Shown: positions 18,764 to 28,427, numbered from the stretch's first letter. The stretch is 64,000 bases of DNA from Planctomycetota bacterium (GCA_045105235.1 JBGCDH010000011.1:64894-128893), one strand, 5' to 3'. Made by a program: numbers and translations. Notes: generated from the sequence alone by a model not told the origin.

Positions 18764-19065
18764 TTCAACCCTGTTGCCGCGAAACCCGTTCGGTGCGCCG
18801 TCTTTGGCGATGAGGCGAGGGCCCGACCTTCGCCAGCGTCAGGGCCGTGAATCGACTTGGAGCGGGCAGCACGCCATAGTTACGCTGGGACGTCACTGGG
18901 ATACACCTCTTCTTGGGGATGTAGGTCTCCGTGCATCGCACGCGCAGGAAGCGACTGCACAGCCACGCCCAACCTGCTTTTCAGCGGACAACCCAACCCC
19001 TCGCCACATCTGACGCAAAGCGTCGTGGCGCGAACTAGACGCCAAACTCAGGGACAGAAGAACTC

Positions 19066-20874
19066 GTGCCGCAGCTCGCCTACCGAATCGATGTATCGCG
19101 CGCGGCGGAACGCGAGCTAGACGTCGTGCTCGATGTGACCGCAATCGAGCCCGGGACCCAGGATCTCGAGCTGTTCATGCCGACATGGACGCCCGGCAGC
19201 TACCTGCTGCGGGAGTATTCTCGCCACCTGTCGACCGTCAGCGCCGTTGCGATCACGGCAGAAGGCCCCGGCGGCTCCGAAAGCGACAGCCGCGAGCTCG
19301 CCTGCCGCAAGACGAGCAAGACGCGCTTCGCCATCGAATCCGGCGGCCATACCGCGCTGCGGGTTCGCTACCGGGTCTATGCGCATGAGCTAAGCGTGCG
19401 GACCGCCCACGCGGACGACCGGCACGCATTTTGGACGCCTGCGGCCGTGTTGCTTTGGCCCGTGGATGCGCGCAATCAGCACGCCAGCATTGCCATCGTG
19501 CACCCAGAGGCTTGGAGCGTCTTCTGCAGCCTCGAGGCACAACCTGTAGAGCGGAACGCAGCGGGGCGGGCCATCACGACGTTGGCGGCGCCGAACCTCG
19601 ACGCAGCACTCGATGCGCCCGTGCTGGTCGGCGCGCCACAGTGCTCGACATGGACGCAGAATGGAGTTCCGCACACGATTGTGCTCGACGCTCTGGATCC
19701 CGTCGCCGTTCCGGAGAGCCTGACCAGCGACTTGGTTCGAATCGTCGACGTTGCTGCCGACGTCTTCGGCGGCGCACTGCCATATCGCGAATACACGTTC
19801 CTCGCGCTGTTTGCCGGGGAAGGCTATGGCGGGCTTGAGCACTGCGATTCTTCCGTGCTGCTCATGCCCCGCACATCGTTAGCCAGCGAACGTGGCTACA
19901 GAGACTTCCTCGCCCTAGCCGCGCACGAGCTATTCCACGCCTGGAACGTCAAGCGCATGCGACCCGAGGAGTTCTGGGTCTACGACTACGAGCACGAAAA
20001 CTACACGCGCCTGCTTTGGGTCATGGAGGGCTGGACGGCCTACTACGACGACTTGCTGCTCGTGCGCGCTGGCCTGATGTCGCACGACGAATACCTCGGC
20101 ACGATGGCGCGCAACGTGCAAAACATGCACAACGCCCCCGGGCGCTTTGAGCGCAGCTTGGAGCAATCCAGCTACGACGCCTGGATTCGCCTCTATCGCC
20201 CGGACGAGAACACGCGCAACTCGTCGCAAAACTACTACGGCAACGGCGCAGTCGTCGCGATGTGCCTCGACCTCAGCATTCGGCGATCTAGCGAAGGCGC
20301 GCACTGCCTCGACGACGTGCTGCGGCTGCTGTACACGCGGACGTTCGAAGCCAACCGTGGCTACCGCGATGACGACATCTACGAGATCGTTCACGAGCTT
20401 GCGGGCCCCACCGTCGTCGCCGAACTTCGCAGCCTAGTCACCGGCAAGCTCGACCCTCAGCTCGCCGAACGCCTGGTGGACGTTGGCGTGCAAACCAAGC
20501 AGCGCGAAACCGGCAAACCCTACCTCGGTGTTGTGTTTGAGCCCGGCACAACGAAAGTGTCCTCCGTCACCAAAAACACGCCCGCCTACCATGCGCAGCT
20601 TGCGCCGGGTGACGAGGTGCTGGCCGTTCGCGATGCGCGCACCAAGGCCTCCAACTGGCAAAAAGTCTTTGCGGCGGTCGCCCACGTCGACCAACCGTGC
20701 AAGCTCCTCGTCGACCGAGGGGGCATCGTGCAAACCCTCACGGCAACACCCATCGCGCACCCCGGCACGATCAAACTGTCGTGCAACCCCAGCGCCACGC
20801 CACCGCAGATCGCAGCGCGAACGGCATGGCTTGGTGCCGTCAAGGGTGCGGACGAAGAGCAGGATTCGGCGTAA
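19066..20874 (+). CDS. M61 family glycyl aminopeptidase with C-terminal PDZ domain
   Basis: GTG start. GGLEH, HELFHAWNVKR (HExxH), and WVMEGWTAYY are typical of M61. A PDZ-like segment (GVVFE...AQLAPGDEVLAV) is present. Confidence 0.85.
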   Translation: MPQLAYRIDVSRAAERELDVVLDVTAIEPGTQDLELFMPTWTPGSYLLREYSRHLSTVSAVAITAEGPGGSESDSRELACRKTSKTRFAIESGGHTALRVRYRVYAHELSVRTAHADDRHAFWTPAAVLLWPVDARNQHASIAIVHPEAWSVFCSLEAQPVERNAAGRAITTLAAPNLDAALDAPVLVGAPQCSTWTQNGVPHTIVLDALDPVAVPESLTSDLVRIVDVAADVFGGALPYREYTFLALFAGEGYGGLEHCDSSVLLMPRTSLASERGYRDFLALAAHELFHAWNVKRMRPEEFWVYDYEHENYTRLLWVMEGWTAYYDDLLLVRAGLMSHDEYLGTMARNVQNMHNAPGRFERSLEQSSYDAWIRLYRPDENTRNSSQNYYGNGAVVAMCLDLSIRRSSEGAHCLDDVLRLLYTRTFEANRGYRDDDIYEIVHELAGPTVVAELRSLVTGKLDPQLAERLVDVGVQTKQRETGKPYLGVVFEPGTTKVSSVTKNTPAYHAQLAPGDEVLAVRDARTKASNWQKVFAAVAHVDQPCKLLVDRGGIVQTLTATPIAHPGTIKLSCNPSATPPQIAARTAWLGAVKGADEEQDSA

Positions 20875-21074
20875 GGCCGCAGCTCCCCGGACTACGCCAC
20901 GCAGCCGCATCCTCTTCGGCAGGCTAGGCAGCGGCGGGCACGTTCGTCGTAGCAGGCAGGGTCGTCGCAGCAGCCATGCTCGCGGCAAACTAGGTTGCAG
21001 CAGGCTACCTGGGGGCAGGCCGAGGCTCAGGCATCCGAACGGCCGCAGATACAGCCAAACCGTTCGGCCAGGCA

Positions 21075-21383
21075 CTACGACCGGGCATGGCTTCCATCGC
21101 AGAATGGTGGGTTGCCGGTTTGGCCACAGGCGCACCACACGACCGTAGCCGGCTCATTCAGAACGATCTTGACCGGCGTCACCGGCTCATCACCTGCCGC
21201 AGGCTCGACAAAGCGATGACTGCCATCGCAATACGGGTAGCGCGAGCTCTTCTCGCAGCGGCACCACGCGTGCTTGCCAGCCGGACACTTGTCGGCAAAG
21301 GGTCCCTTGATGACCCGCCCCGGTGGATCCGCTCGACCTAGGCCGCCGCCGGCGGGACGATCGCTATCCGAAGGGTCTTTCAT
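21075..21383 (-). CDS. CDGSH-type iron-sulfur domain protein (two CDGSH motifs)
   Basis: CRCEKSSRYPYCDGSH and CACGQTGNPPFCDGSH. Confidence 0.85.
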   Translation of the reverse strand: MKDPSDSDRPAGGGLGRADPPGRVIKGPFADKCPAGKHAWCRCEKSSRYPYCDGSHRFVEPAAGDEPVTPVKIVLNEPATVVWCACGQTGNPPFCDGSHARS

Positions 21384-21422
21384 CGAAACTCACCGTTCGC
21401 AATCGTATCGCCGCACGAAGAC

Positions 21423-22073
21423 TCAGCGGAACTTGCGGATGACGCCACGAACGACGCCACGAAGCTGAACCCGGCTTGTAAACAGCGGCTCCATCTCGGA
21501 GTTGGCAGGCTGCAAACGAATCATGCCGTTCGACTCGCGATAGAAGCGCTTGAGCGTTGCCTCCTCGTCCTCAAGGATCGCGACAACGATATCGCCATCG
21601 TTGGCCGTCTCGCGACGCTCCACCACGACCAAGTCGCCATCGTCGATATGGTCTTCGATCATCGACTTGCCGCGCACGCGCAGCAGGTAGATACGATCGC
21701 CCGTCGGGACGAGGTCTGTGAGCGGCAGCTCTTCGCGATTCTCGAGGGCATCGATCGGACGGCCCGCCGCGATGCTGCCGACGAGCGGCAGCGTCGGGAT
21801 CGAATCGCCACCGCCGGCGCCCGAGTAGGCTCCCACCTGCGTTTCCGTCTCAGCATCCGGGTCGTGCAGGATCGCTACAGCGCGTGCCTTGGCTCGGTCA
21901 CGGTGGATCGCCCCCTTGCGCGCGAGCTGGTTGAGGTGCTCGTGGATCGTGATCTTGCTGACACCGAGTGCCTGAGCCGCTTCGTCAAGGGTAGGAGCAA
22001 TGCCGTTGTCCTTGCGGTAGTCACGAAAGAAGCGCAGCACGCGAATCTGCTTCTCGGTCAGCATCAAGTTCAT
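21423..22073 (-). CDS. lexA: LexA repressor (start at MNLMLTEKQ; track ORF extends to 22175)
   Basis: Winged-helix N-terminus (LTEKQIRVLRFF...GIAPTLDEAAQALGVSKITIHEHLNQLARKGAI), cleavage-site region VGSIAAGRP, catalytic VRGKSM and LKRF. Confidence 0.9.
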   Translation of the reverse strand: MNLMLTEKQIRVLRFFRDYRKDNGIAPTLDEAAQALGVSKITIHEHLNQLARKGAIHRDRAKARAVAILHDPDAETETQVGAYSGAGGGDSIPTLPLVGSIAAGRPIDALENREELPLTDLVPTGDRIYLLRVRGKSMIEDHIDDGDLVVVERRETANDGDIVVAILEDEEATLKRFYRESNGMIRLQPANSEMEPLFTSRVQLRGVVRGVIRKFR

Positions 22074-22339
22074 GGAGATCTCGCAGCAGTCGGTATCGCG
22101 ACTCGGAACCAAAGACCGACACGAACGGATCGAAGCCGTCGCACCGGTTAACCAAACCCACTCCGAGTCCGTCAAAAGTGTGACGGGTCGGGCCTCTCCG
22201 GCCGGAAACGGTCAGAGAACCAGCCAATCGAAGCCCGACCTGCCCCAACCCGACCGCGAACGGTCGGGACGGCAGCCCGCAAATCAAGTCCACCCGGCGG
22301 TCGCCAGCAGACCCGAACATGGAGCTACCGAGACGAACG

Positions 22340-23146
22340 TCACGCGAACATGGCCAAGGCCAGCACGGCGACGATCATCATACAAGCACCGAACATCTCG
22401 AACACAGGACGAATCCGCCTATCAGTAAGCGAATCTGTCGCAGTAGCCGCCACTCCGACCCGCACGGCTGCCTTTGCCGCGCCCCCACATACCCCGCCCA
22501 ACCGACCAGTTCGGCTTCGGGATGCGGCCGTCAATCCAGAGAGCCGCGCGCGGCCATCCGGATGACTCCGGCTGGCTCGATCAACCCAAACCGTCGTACG
22601 ACGGCCACGTCGACTGCGGCTGCTCTCCTCCTCCCAAGAGTGGTGCCTAGCGCTCCACGATCCGTCATCAAGACGAACCACATCCTGCCTGCGAGCGTCG
22701 GCCCCTGCCTTGCGCCCCCCCGGCAAATCCACCACAGCCGCCCCCCAGCGGACATGGCGGCTGCCGGAGGCAGGCTCGCTCTTGACCGAACCGGCTTCCG
22801 TGCTGCCGACTTCGGCGATGGCGGCATTGGTCTTGCCGCCACCAGCAAGAGCGTCTCCGCCACGAACCAGTCGATTCCGAACCGAACCAGCCCCAACCGA
22901 GCTGGCGCGATCCGGCCTCATCTGGAGCGGACGAATCGAATCGGAACCCACATCCGGACCGCCGTGCGAGTGACCGCCCGAGTGCCCGTCTGAACGGTCG
23001 TCTGAGTGACCCTCACCAGCAGAACCAACCGCCCGCAGAATCGCGCTACCGCGGCAACTACGAGTCTTGTCGGACCCGTCCGCACGCAGGGAAACACGGG
23101 CGATGGATGCAGAGAGAGGTAGGGTTTGCTGGCGAATGGCGGCCAT
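22340..23146 (-). CDS. Doubtful ORF upstream of lexA: low-complexity Gly/Ser/Arg-rich product with a C-terminal hydrophobic tail
   Basis: Longest ORF in an otherwise unassigned ~1-kb gap. Its third-position GC bias is visibly weaker than in neighbouring genes. No motif recognised. Confidence 0.25.
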   Translation of the reverse strand: MAAIRQQTLPLSASIARVSLRADGSDKTRSCRGSAILRAVGSAGEGHSDDRSDGHSGGHSHGGPDVGSDSIRPLQMRPDRASSVGAGSVRNRLVRGGDALAGGGKTNAAIAEVGSTEAGSVKSEPASGSRHVRWGAAVVDLPGGRKAGADARRQDVVRLDDGSWSARHHSWEEESSRSRRGRRTTVWVDRASRSHPDGRARLSGLTAASRSRTGRLGGVCGGAAKAAVRVGVAATATDSLTDRRIRPVFEMFGACMMIVAVLALAMFA

Positions 23147-23337
23147 GGATCAGCTCAGGGGTTCGTGATTCGTTAGGTCAAACGTTAGCGCCCTGTTCAA
23201 TCTCGTCAACATTCACGTTCGGGTTTTCTTAGCCTTCCTTGATCGTAGGAACGCGCCTCTTGGGGCGCATTCCGAAATACCGGGGATGCGGTACGGTTCC
23301 TCTCCGACCTGTGCAGCGTCGAAGCCACAAAACCCGG

Positions 23338-23892
23338 ATGCAGCGTCCTACCAACAGCCTTCGGGCCGACCACGTCTTGACCTCGCGCGCCGTGCGTGTG
23401 CTCGAGGCAATCGCCGGCGGGGTGCGCAGCGGCTGGCCGTTCCCCTCCGAGGACTGCGCGGGGATCTTGCGCTTCCTGCGCGAGTGGATGCTGCCCGTGC
23501 ATATGCGCAAGGAGGACGACGTCGTCGCGCCCGCGGTCGCTATGCACGCCGACGAGCGGCTCGCCGGGATCGTCGGCGAACTCTTCCGCCTGGGAGAAGA
23601 GATCACCGAGCTGACCCACTCCCTGGTGCTCTTCTGGGAGCCCATTGGCGAGTTGACGGACGTCGAGCGGCTTGGCTTTGCAAACACGGTCGACGCCCTC
23701 GTTGCGAGGCTCGGGCGACGGCATCAGCTCGAAGAGGACGAGCTCTTCCCCGCCTGCGACCAACACGTCCCGGCAGACGATCGACTTGGCTGGTCGGAGC
23801 GTTTCGCAGAGCTCGAAGCCGATCGCGGCGACGCTGCGAGCTGGCACACTCGCATTGAAACGCTTGCAAAACGCTGGCTTGTGGCGGACTAG
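23338..23892 (+). CDS. Hemerythrin-like (HHE cation-binding) domain protein
   Basis: LRADHVL...L, MRKEDDVV, and LEEDELFP spaced His/Glu/Asp helices are typical of hemerythrin-like domains. Start chosen at MQRPTN; the track start is 23239. Confidence 0.55.
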   Translation: MQRPTNSLRADHVLTSRAVRVLEAIAGGVRSGWPFPSEDCAGILRFLREWMLPVHMRKEDDVVAPAVAMHADERLAGIVGELFRLGEEITELTHSLVLFWEPIGELTDVERLGFANTVDALVARLGRRHQLEEDELFPACDQHVPADDRLGWSERFAELEADRGDAASWHTRIETLAKRWLVAD

Positions 23893-24135
23893 CGAACGGC
23901 CCGAGCGGCGCCCGCGGGCCCCGCGGCGGCCGGCGGCCGGCGGCCGAACCGAAGCTCGCGCTCTTGCCCCCGCGCGCACACTCCTAGGCGGCGCACAACG
24001 GCGCTCATCTCGACCGATCTGCTCGCTTTCGACGGGCAGGCTTGCCCCCACTGCGACGGGAAGGACAATGCTTCTCTGTCGCGACGGTCACGGGCCGGTC
24101 AGCCCGCGCGACATGCAACCTGAGAGCCCCCCGCC

Positions 24136-24795
24136 ATGATCCTCAAACTCGAGCGTCCCCTAGTTTTTCTCGACTTCGAAACCACCGGACTCGACGTCAA
24201 GAACGATCGAATCCTCGAGCTCGCGTTCATCCGGCTCTTGCCAGACGGGACCCGCGAAGAGCTCGTCCAGCGCATCAATCCCGGCATCGAAGTCAGCAAG
24301 ACAGCCGCCAAGATCACCGGCATCCACTCCAACGACGCGATGGGCCTGTTCTGGGGCCCTCCGCTGAAGAAGGTCGGCGACAAGCTGATCGAGTTTCTCG
24401 GCGACAGCGACATCGCCGGCTTCAACCAGATCAACTACGACATGCCACTCTGGCACAACGAGTGCAAGCGCCACGGCATCCCCTATGAAGAGGGCAACCG
24501 CGGCCAAGTGGACGTCCGCGTCCTCTTCAACGTCTGCGAGACGACCTGGGACCGCTTCTTGATGGGGCCTCGCAACCTGTCGGCCGCCGTGCGTCACTAC
24601 TGCGGCCGCGAGCTCGAAGGAGCACACGCCGCCGAGCACGACACGCACGCCACCATCGATGTGCTGCTCGCCCAGCTCGAGCGTCACACCGACTTGCCCC
24701 GCACGGTCAAGGGACTGAGCGACTTCTGCCTGCGCAACAGTGACAAAGAGCGCGACGACGAACCGGCAGCCAACGCAGGCGGCGCCGGAGCATGA
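24136..24795 (+). CDS. DEDDh 3'-5' exonuclease (DnaQ / Pol III epsilon-like)
   Basis: ExoI VFLDFETTGLD, ExoII AGFNQINYDMPLW, ExoIII AHAAEHDTHATIDVL. Confidence 0.8.
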   Translation: MILKLERPLVFLDFETTGLDVKNDRILELAFIRLLPDGTREELVQRINPGIEVSKTAAKITGIHSNDAMGLFWGPPLKKVGDKLIEFLGDSDIAGFNQINYDMPLWHNECKRHGIPYEEGNRGQVDVRVLFNVCETTWDRFLMGPRNLSAAVRHYCGRELEGAHAAEHDTHATIDVLLAQLERHTDLPRTVKGLSDFCLRNSDKERDDEPAANAGGAGA

Positions 24796-25232
24796 GCTGG
24801 TCGACCCGGCTGCGGTATCGCTTTGGCGACATCGACGACGCCGGCATCGCCTACTACCCAAAGCTCCTGCACTACTTTCACCAGGCCTTCGAGGACTGGT
24901 GGAGCGACGCTCTCGGCCGGCCCTACCCCAAGCTGCTGCACGACGACAAGCTCGGCTTTCCGGCGGTCAAGATCGACGCGGAGTTCTACGCGCCGATCGC
25001 CTATGGCGACGAGCCGGACGTGCACCTCGGCGTGCTCAAGATTGGCACCTCCTCGGTCACGTTCGGCTTCTGGATGATGTGTGGCGACGAAGACAAGCCG
25101 CGCTGCCGTGCCCGCATTACGACAGCTGCGGTGCACATGGAAAAGCGCACCAAGCTCTCGCTCCCAGACAACTGGCGCGAGCGGTTCGCGGCCTACGCCA
25201 TCGACGAAGCAGACTTTCCGCGCGGGCGGTGA
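24792..25232 (+). CDS. Hotdog-fold acyl-CoA thioesterase (4HBT/YbgC-like)
   Basis: RYRFGDIDDAGIAYYPKLLHYFHQAFEDWW is the typical 4HBT N-terminal catalytic Asp region. The start overlaps the upstream stop as ATGA. Confidence 0.7.
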   Translation: MSWSTRLRYRFGDIDDAGIAYYPKLLHYFHQAFEDWWSDALGRPYPKLLHDDKLGFPAVKIDAEFYAPIAYGDEPDVHLGVLKIGTSSVTFGFWMMCGDEDKPRCRARITTAAVHMEKRTKLSLPDNWRERFAAYAIDEADFPRGR

Positions 25233-25257
25233 ATCGCCTCCGCAGTGCTCGGTGAGG

Positions 25258-26703
25258 CTACGGACAAGGCGATACGATCTGCATGCCGTAGCGGCCAAAG
25301 ATCACAATGTCTTCGCGCGAACCACCGTAGATGTCTTTGTTGGTCGCCGAGAAGCCGCCGATCGTGCCAGGGCCCGATTGCGCAGGGTGGCCGAAGACCT
25401 CGCCCCAAACGTAGGGGAGGTTCGGGTCCGTGCCGTCAAAAACGAGTTTCCAGACGGAGTAGCGGTTGTGGCTGAACGAAAGCACTTCCTTGGTCGGGCC
25501 ACCGTTCCAATCCATGAACGAAAACAGCCCACCGCGCGGGCCAACCGGGCTCGAAGATGCGCCGTTGTTCGCGATGGTCAGTTCCTGCGCATTGCCGTTC
25601 AGCACGACCGAACCCGCGAAGTAAAGCGGTGGCCCCTTCGGCGCCGTCACGATGTGATCGCCGTTGAATCCGAACGAGTCTGCACCGTTGACCAAGTTCC
25701 CGATGATTGCTTGCTGGCCGTGGAAGACAGCCTCGGTCGCGTCGTTCTTGCGGACGTTCTCCCAGATGAGCGAACTCTGACAGTTCAGGCCGGGATTCGA
25801 AATCAGGCAGTCATAGCCGTCATGCACAACAAAGAGCTCTTTGACGCCATCGCCGTCGCGATCGTACGGGCGCACGGAGTCAGCATGGTTGTGATTCCCG
25901 GTACGGTTCGTCAAGTAGGGGATCGTGTTGAAGTCGAACTCGCACCCGTTCCAAACATCGATCACACCGTTGTTCAGCAGGTCATCATGGCCGTCGCCAT
26001 TGACATCTTCGCTGTGAATGAAGTGGGTAGCCGCACCAGTCGTGTTGCGTGCATACCACGACCACAACGTGCCCGGAATACGCCAGTAGAGGGCCAGACC
26101 GATACGTCCGCCCTCGGTCTCATGCACAAAGACTTCCGGCGGCAGACCACCGCCGATGACCTTGCTAGCCTGCACGTTGAAATTGAAGCCCTGGTGGTGG
26201 TTGTACGTGTGCCAGGTCCAACCAGACACCATGGTGTCGAGGTCGATCTCGGAGCCGAAGACCGGCGTCGGTGCACCGAGTGTCGGATGCATCGGACCAG
26301 CGCCGTGCTCGATCAACGCGAGACGCAGGTTGCCCGTCGGCGAACTCGCGTCAGGGCCGAGAACTGCGGCGACTTCGTTCAGCCCATCACCATCGAAATC
26401 CGCAATCGCGGGACGATCTGTCCCCCAGGTATGCTTGTAGAGGAGGCCAGCGGGGTCGAAGTGGACCCAAATAACCTCAGGCGTTGTCAGCAAGAAGCCT
26501 GTCGAACTCTTGATCCGCACCGCGATGAGCAGGCGCTGCTCAGCTTGGTAGACGATGTCGTCGTAGCCGTCATTGTCTACGTCGCCGAGCGTCGTGCTCA
26601 TCGGCACGTAGCCAGGTGTGCTGTTGCCAGGCAGACCGTTGGGGTTGTTCGTAGCGTGGAATGGACGAATCGTGCGAAAGGCTGCCGGCGAGGACGGGTA
26701 CAT
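25258..26703 (-). CDS. FG-GAP/VCBS-repeat beta-propeller protein, no detectable signal peptide
   Basis: Repeated DxDxDG-type loops: GDVDNDGYDDIV, ADFDGDGLNEV, EDVNGDGHDDLL, YDRDGDGVKELF. An in-frame TAA lies 5 codons upstream of the ATG. Confidence 0.7.
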   Translation of the reverse strand: MYPSSPAAFRTIRPFHATNNPNGLPGNSTPGYVPMSTTLGDVDNDGYDDIVYQAEQRLLIAVRIKSSTGFLLTTPEVIWVHFDPAGLLYKHTWGTDRPAIADFDGDGLNEVAAVLGPDASSPTGNLRLALIEHGAGPMHPTLGAPTPVFGSEIDLDTMVSGWTWHTYNHHQGFNFNVQASKVIGGGLPPEVFVHETEGGRIGLALYWRIPGTLWSWYARNTTGAATHFIHSEDVNGDGHDDLLNNGVIDVWNGCEFDFNTIPYLTNRTGNHNHADSVRPYDRDGDGVKELFVVHDGYDCLISNPGLNCQSSLIWENVRKNDATEAVFHGQQAIIGNLVNGADSFGFNGDHIVTAPKGPPLYFAGSVVLNGNAQELTIANNGASSSPVGPRGGLFSFMDWNGGPTKEVLSFSHNRYSVWKLVFDGTDPNLPYVWGEVFGHPAQSGPGTIGGFSATNKDIYGGSREDIVIFGRYGMQIVSPCP

Positions 26704-26846
26704 CCGCGTCTCGCACCGTTACGGAAAATCTCGGTGCGCAGGCAAAATCCGCACAGTTTGCTAAATCCCTCACCCTGCGAGACACGAGCAGGCAGGGCCG
26801 CTCAGGATTTCGCGAAATCATGAATATGATCGATCGCGCGACCGCC

Positions 26847-27968
26847 TCACTCCCCCAAGTAGCGCTTGCGCGTCGCCAGCCACTGCTCGCTTTGCAGGAC
26901 TTCGAGCAGCGCGGGGTTGAGCTGCTCGCGTAGCTCGCTGCCTTCGCGCATGGCGATTGCGTATTGCTCACTGCGCAGTTCGCCGGGCAAGACAAGCAGC
27001 TCGTTTTTGCCAAGCAATAGCGACTTGAGAATCGGCGCGTCGTAGACGACCGCATCGACCTGCTCCGTTTCCAAAGCCTTGACCGCTGCTTCCACCGTTG
27101 CGAAATTGCGGTAGCCGAGGGCTTCTTTGTCGAGCCAGCCCGCTGCTGCTGAGCCACCCAGCGTCGCAATGCGCACGTGCGGCAGGTCCTCGCGTCCGCG
27201 CACAGTGGACTGCAGCTGATCAAGCGTCAGAGCCGACGCGATCGACGCGGTGTAGCCTGAAATGATCATGACGCTGGCAAACATCCAGACCAAGGAGATG
27301 GCGCGGCCGGCAAACGTCACCGGCGCCTTGTCGCCATAGCCAACGGTCGTCATCGTCACCGCCGAGAACCAAAACCCTTCGGCTGGGCCCTTCAGGCCGC
27401 CGCCGCCAAACTGCTCGGGATTGGCGTGACGCTCCGCAAGCCACGTCAGCACGCCGCAGACGGCGAGCACCAGCACAAGGGCGCCAAGCGCCTGCAGCAA
27501 CTCGAACGAAAACAGCCGGTCCACTAGCGCCGAAACCATGCCGCGCGACTGGCCGCGCGTGGCGATGCCGAGCCCCGACGACAAGAACGGGTGCGAGAAG
27601 TCCATGCGCTTCTCTCGCTCCGGCGTGACCGTGACGGCCGCGAGCGCCAGGTCGACGTCGCCGCGCTCGGCGGCTGTCAGCATGCCCTGGAGGTCGTGTT
27701 CCACGAACGTCGCGCGCAGATTGAGCTTCTGCGCCACCATGTTCCACAGATCGATACTCAGGCCTGAATAGCCTCCATCGCCATCTTTGACGATGAACGG
27801 CGGCGTGATCTTGGTCGCAATCGTGACCTCGCGCGGCGGACCGCCAGATCCCTGCGCAGGGGCATTCGCCTGCGCTGCCACGTTCGAGAGCAGCAGATGG
27901 GTCGTCAGCAGGCCGGAGACCAGCCACGCGAAGAGAGTAGGCAGCGAAGGCGTGCGCATCGGATGCAC
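26847..27968 (-). CDS. GluR0-type prokaryotic ionotropic glutamate-receptor-like ligand-gated K+ channel
   Basis: Signal peptide, then an SBP_bac_3-like lobe (YSGLSIDLWN...DLALAAVTVTPERE). This is interrupted by TM1, a pore helix with the TVGYGD selectivity filter, and TM2, followed by the second lobe. Confidence 0.85.
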   Translation of the reverse strand: MHPMRTPSLPTLFAWLVSGLLTTHLLLSNVAAQANAPAQGSGGPPREVTIATKITPPFIVKDGDGGYSGLSIDLWNMVAQKLNLRATFVEHDLQGMLTAAERGDVDLALAAVTVTPEREKRMDFSHPFLSSGLGIATRGQSRGMVSALVDRLFSFELLQALGALVLVLAVCGVLTWLAERHANPEQFGGGGLKGPAEGFWFSAVTMTTVGYGDKAPVTFAGRAISLVWMFASVMIISGYTASIASALTLDQLQSTVRGREDLPHVRIATLGGSAAAGWLDKEALGYRNFATVEAAVKALETEQVDAVVYDAPILKSLLLGKNELLVLPGELRSEQYAIAMREGSELREQLNPALLEVLQSEQWLATRKRYLGE

Positions 27969-28103
27969 GTTATCGACCTAGGGCCTACCAACCCAATGGC
28001 AGGGCCACCGTCTCGATGGCACCGAGGCTTTGACGCGCGGCATCGTGGCCAGAGAAGCAGAAGCGATTCGACAATGGTCGCGCCTGGCGGCCGAATAGGC
28101 CTC

Positions 28104-28427
28104 ATGCGACGCACGCTGTCTTGGATCTTGGCCGCCCTGACGTTTTTGACCGGACTCGCCGTGGCCCTCAAGGGCTTTGGCACGGCCATGACGAGCTGGG
28201 CCCAAACGGTGCCACCCGGCATCCAGTATGACGCCGGCAACCGCGCATCTGTCGACGAGGCCTTGCTGCGAACGACGGCCTACTGGCAGCAAGAAATGGA
28301 GTCTCATTACCTCGACCCGCTGCTGCTGACGTCGTTGATGCTGTTTGTCGCGACGACGGTGCTCGCCATCGTGCTGGTGCGCGGCTGGCGTGCACACGGC
28401 AAGCGCGACGCAAAGCGCACGGCCTAA
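28104..28427 (+). CDS. Small two-TM membrane protein, hypothetical
   Basis: MRRTLSWILAALTFLTGLAVAL... and LLLTSLMLFVATTVLAIVLV are hydrophobic segments. No family recognised. Confidence 0.4.
   Translation: MRRTLSWILAALTFLTGLAVALKGFGTAMTSWAQTVPPGIQYDAGNRASVDEALLRTTAYWQQEMESHYLDPLLLTSLMLFVATTVLAIVLVRGWRAHGKRDAKRTA

Noticed and set aside
18764-19065. Genomic island or integration site downstream of tRNA-Arg
   Set aside because: There is no integrase, no direct repeat of the tRNA 3' end, and no compositional break. The next gene is an ordinary M61 peptidase.
20875-21074. Cys-rich reading frame on the minus strand (...ACCNLVCREHGCCDDPACYDERARRCLACRRGCGCVA-stop) that looks like a RiPP or toxin-like peptide
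   Set aside because: No ATG, GTG or TTG lies in frame between the upstream TGA and the stop. The Cys codons arise from GCTGC/GCAGC-rich spacer sequence between two convergent genes. No adjacent maturation genes are present.
22319-22993. 224-aa plus-strand ORF in the lexA-upstream gap
   Set aside because: His/Arg/Pro/Ser/Thr-rich with no motifs, and antisense to the only marginally better minus-strand ORF. Neither is convincing, so only the minus ORF is listed, at low confidence.
25081-26823. 580-aa plus-strand ORF
   Set aside because: Shadow ORF opposite the FG-GAP gene, whose product has clear repeat motifs. The plus-strand product is Arg-rich nonsense.
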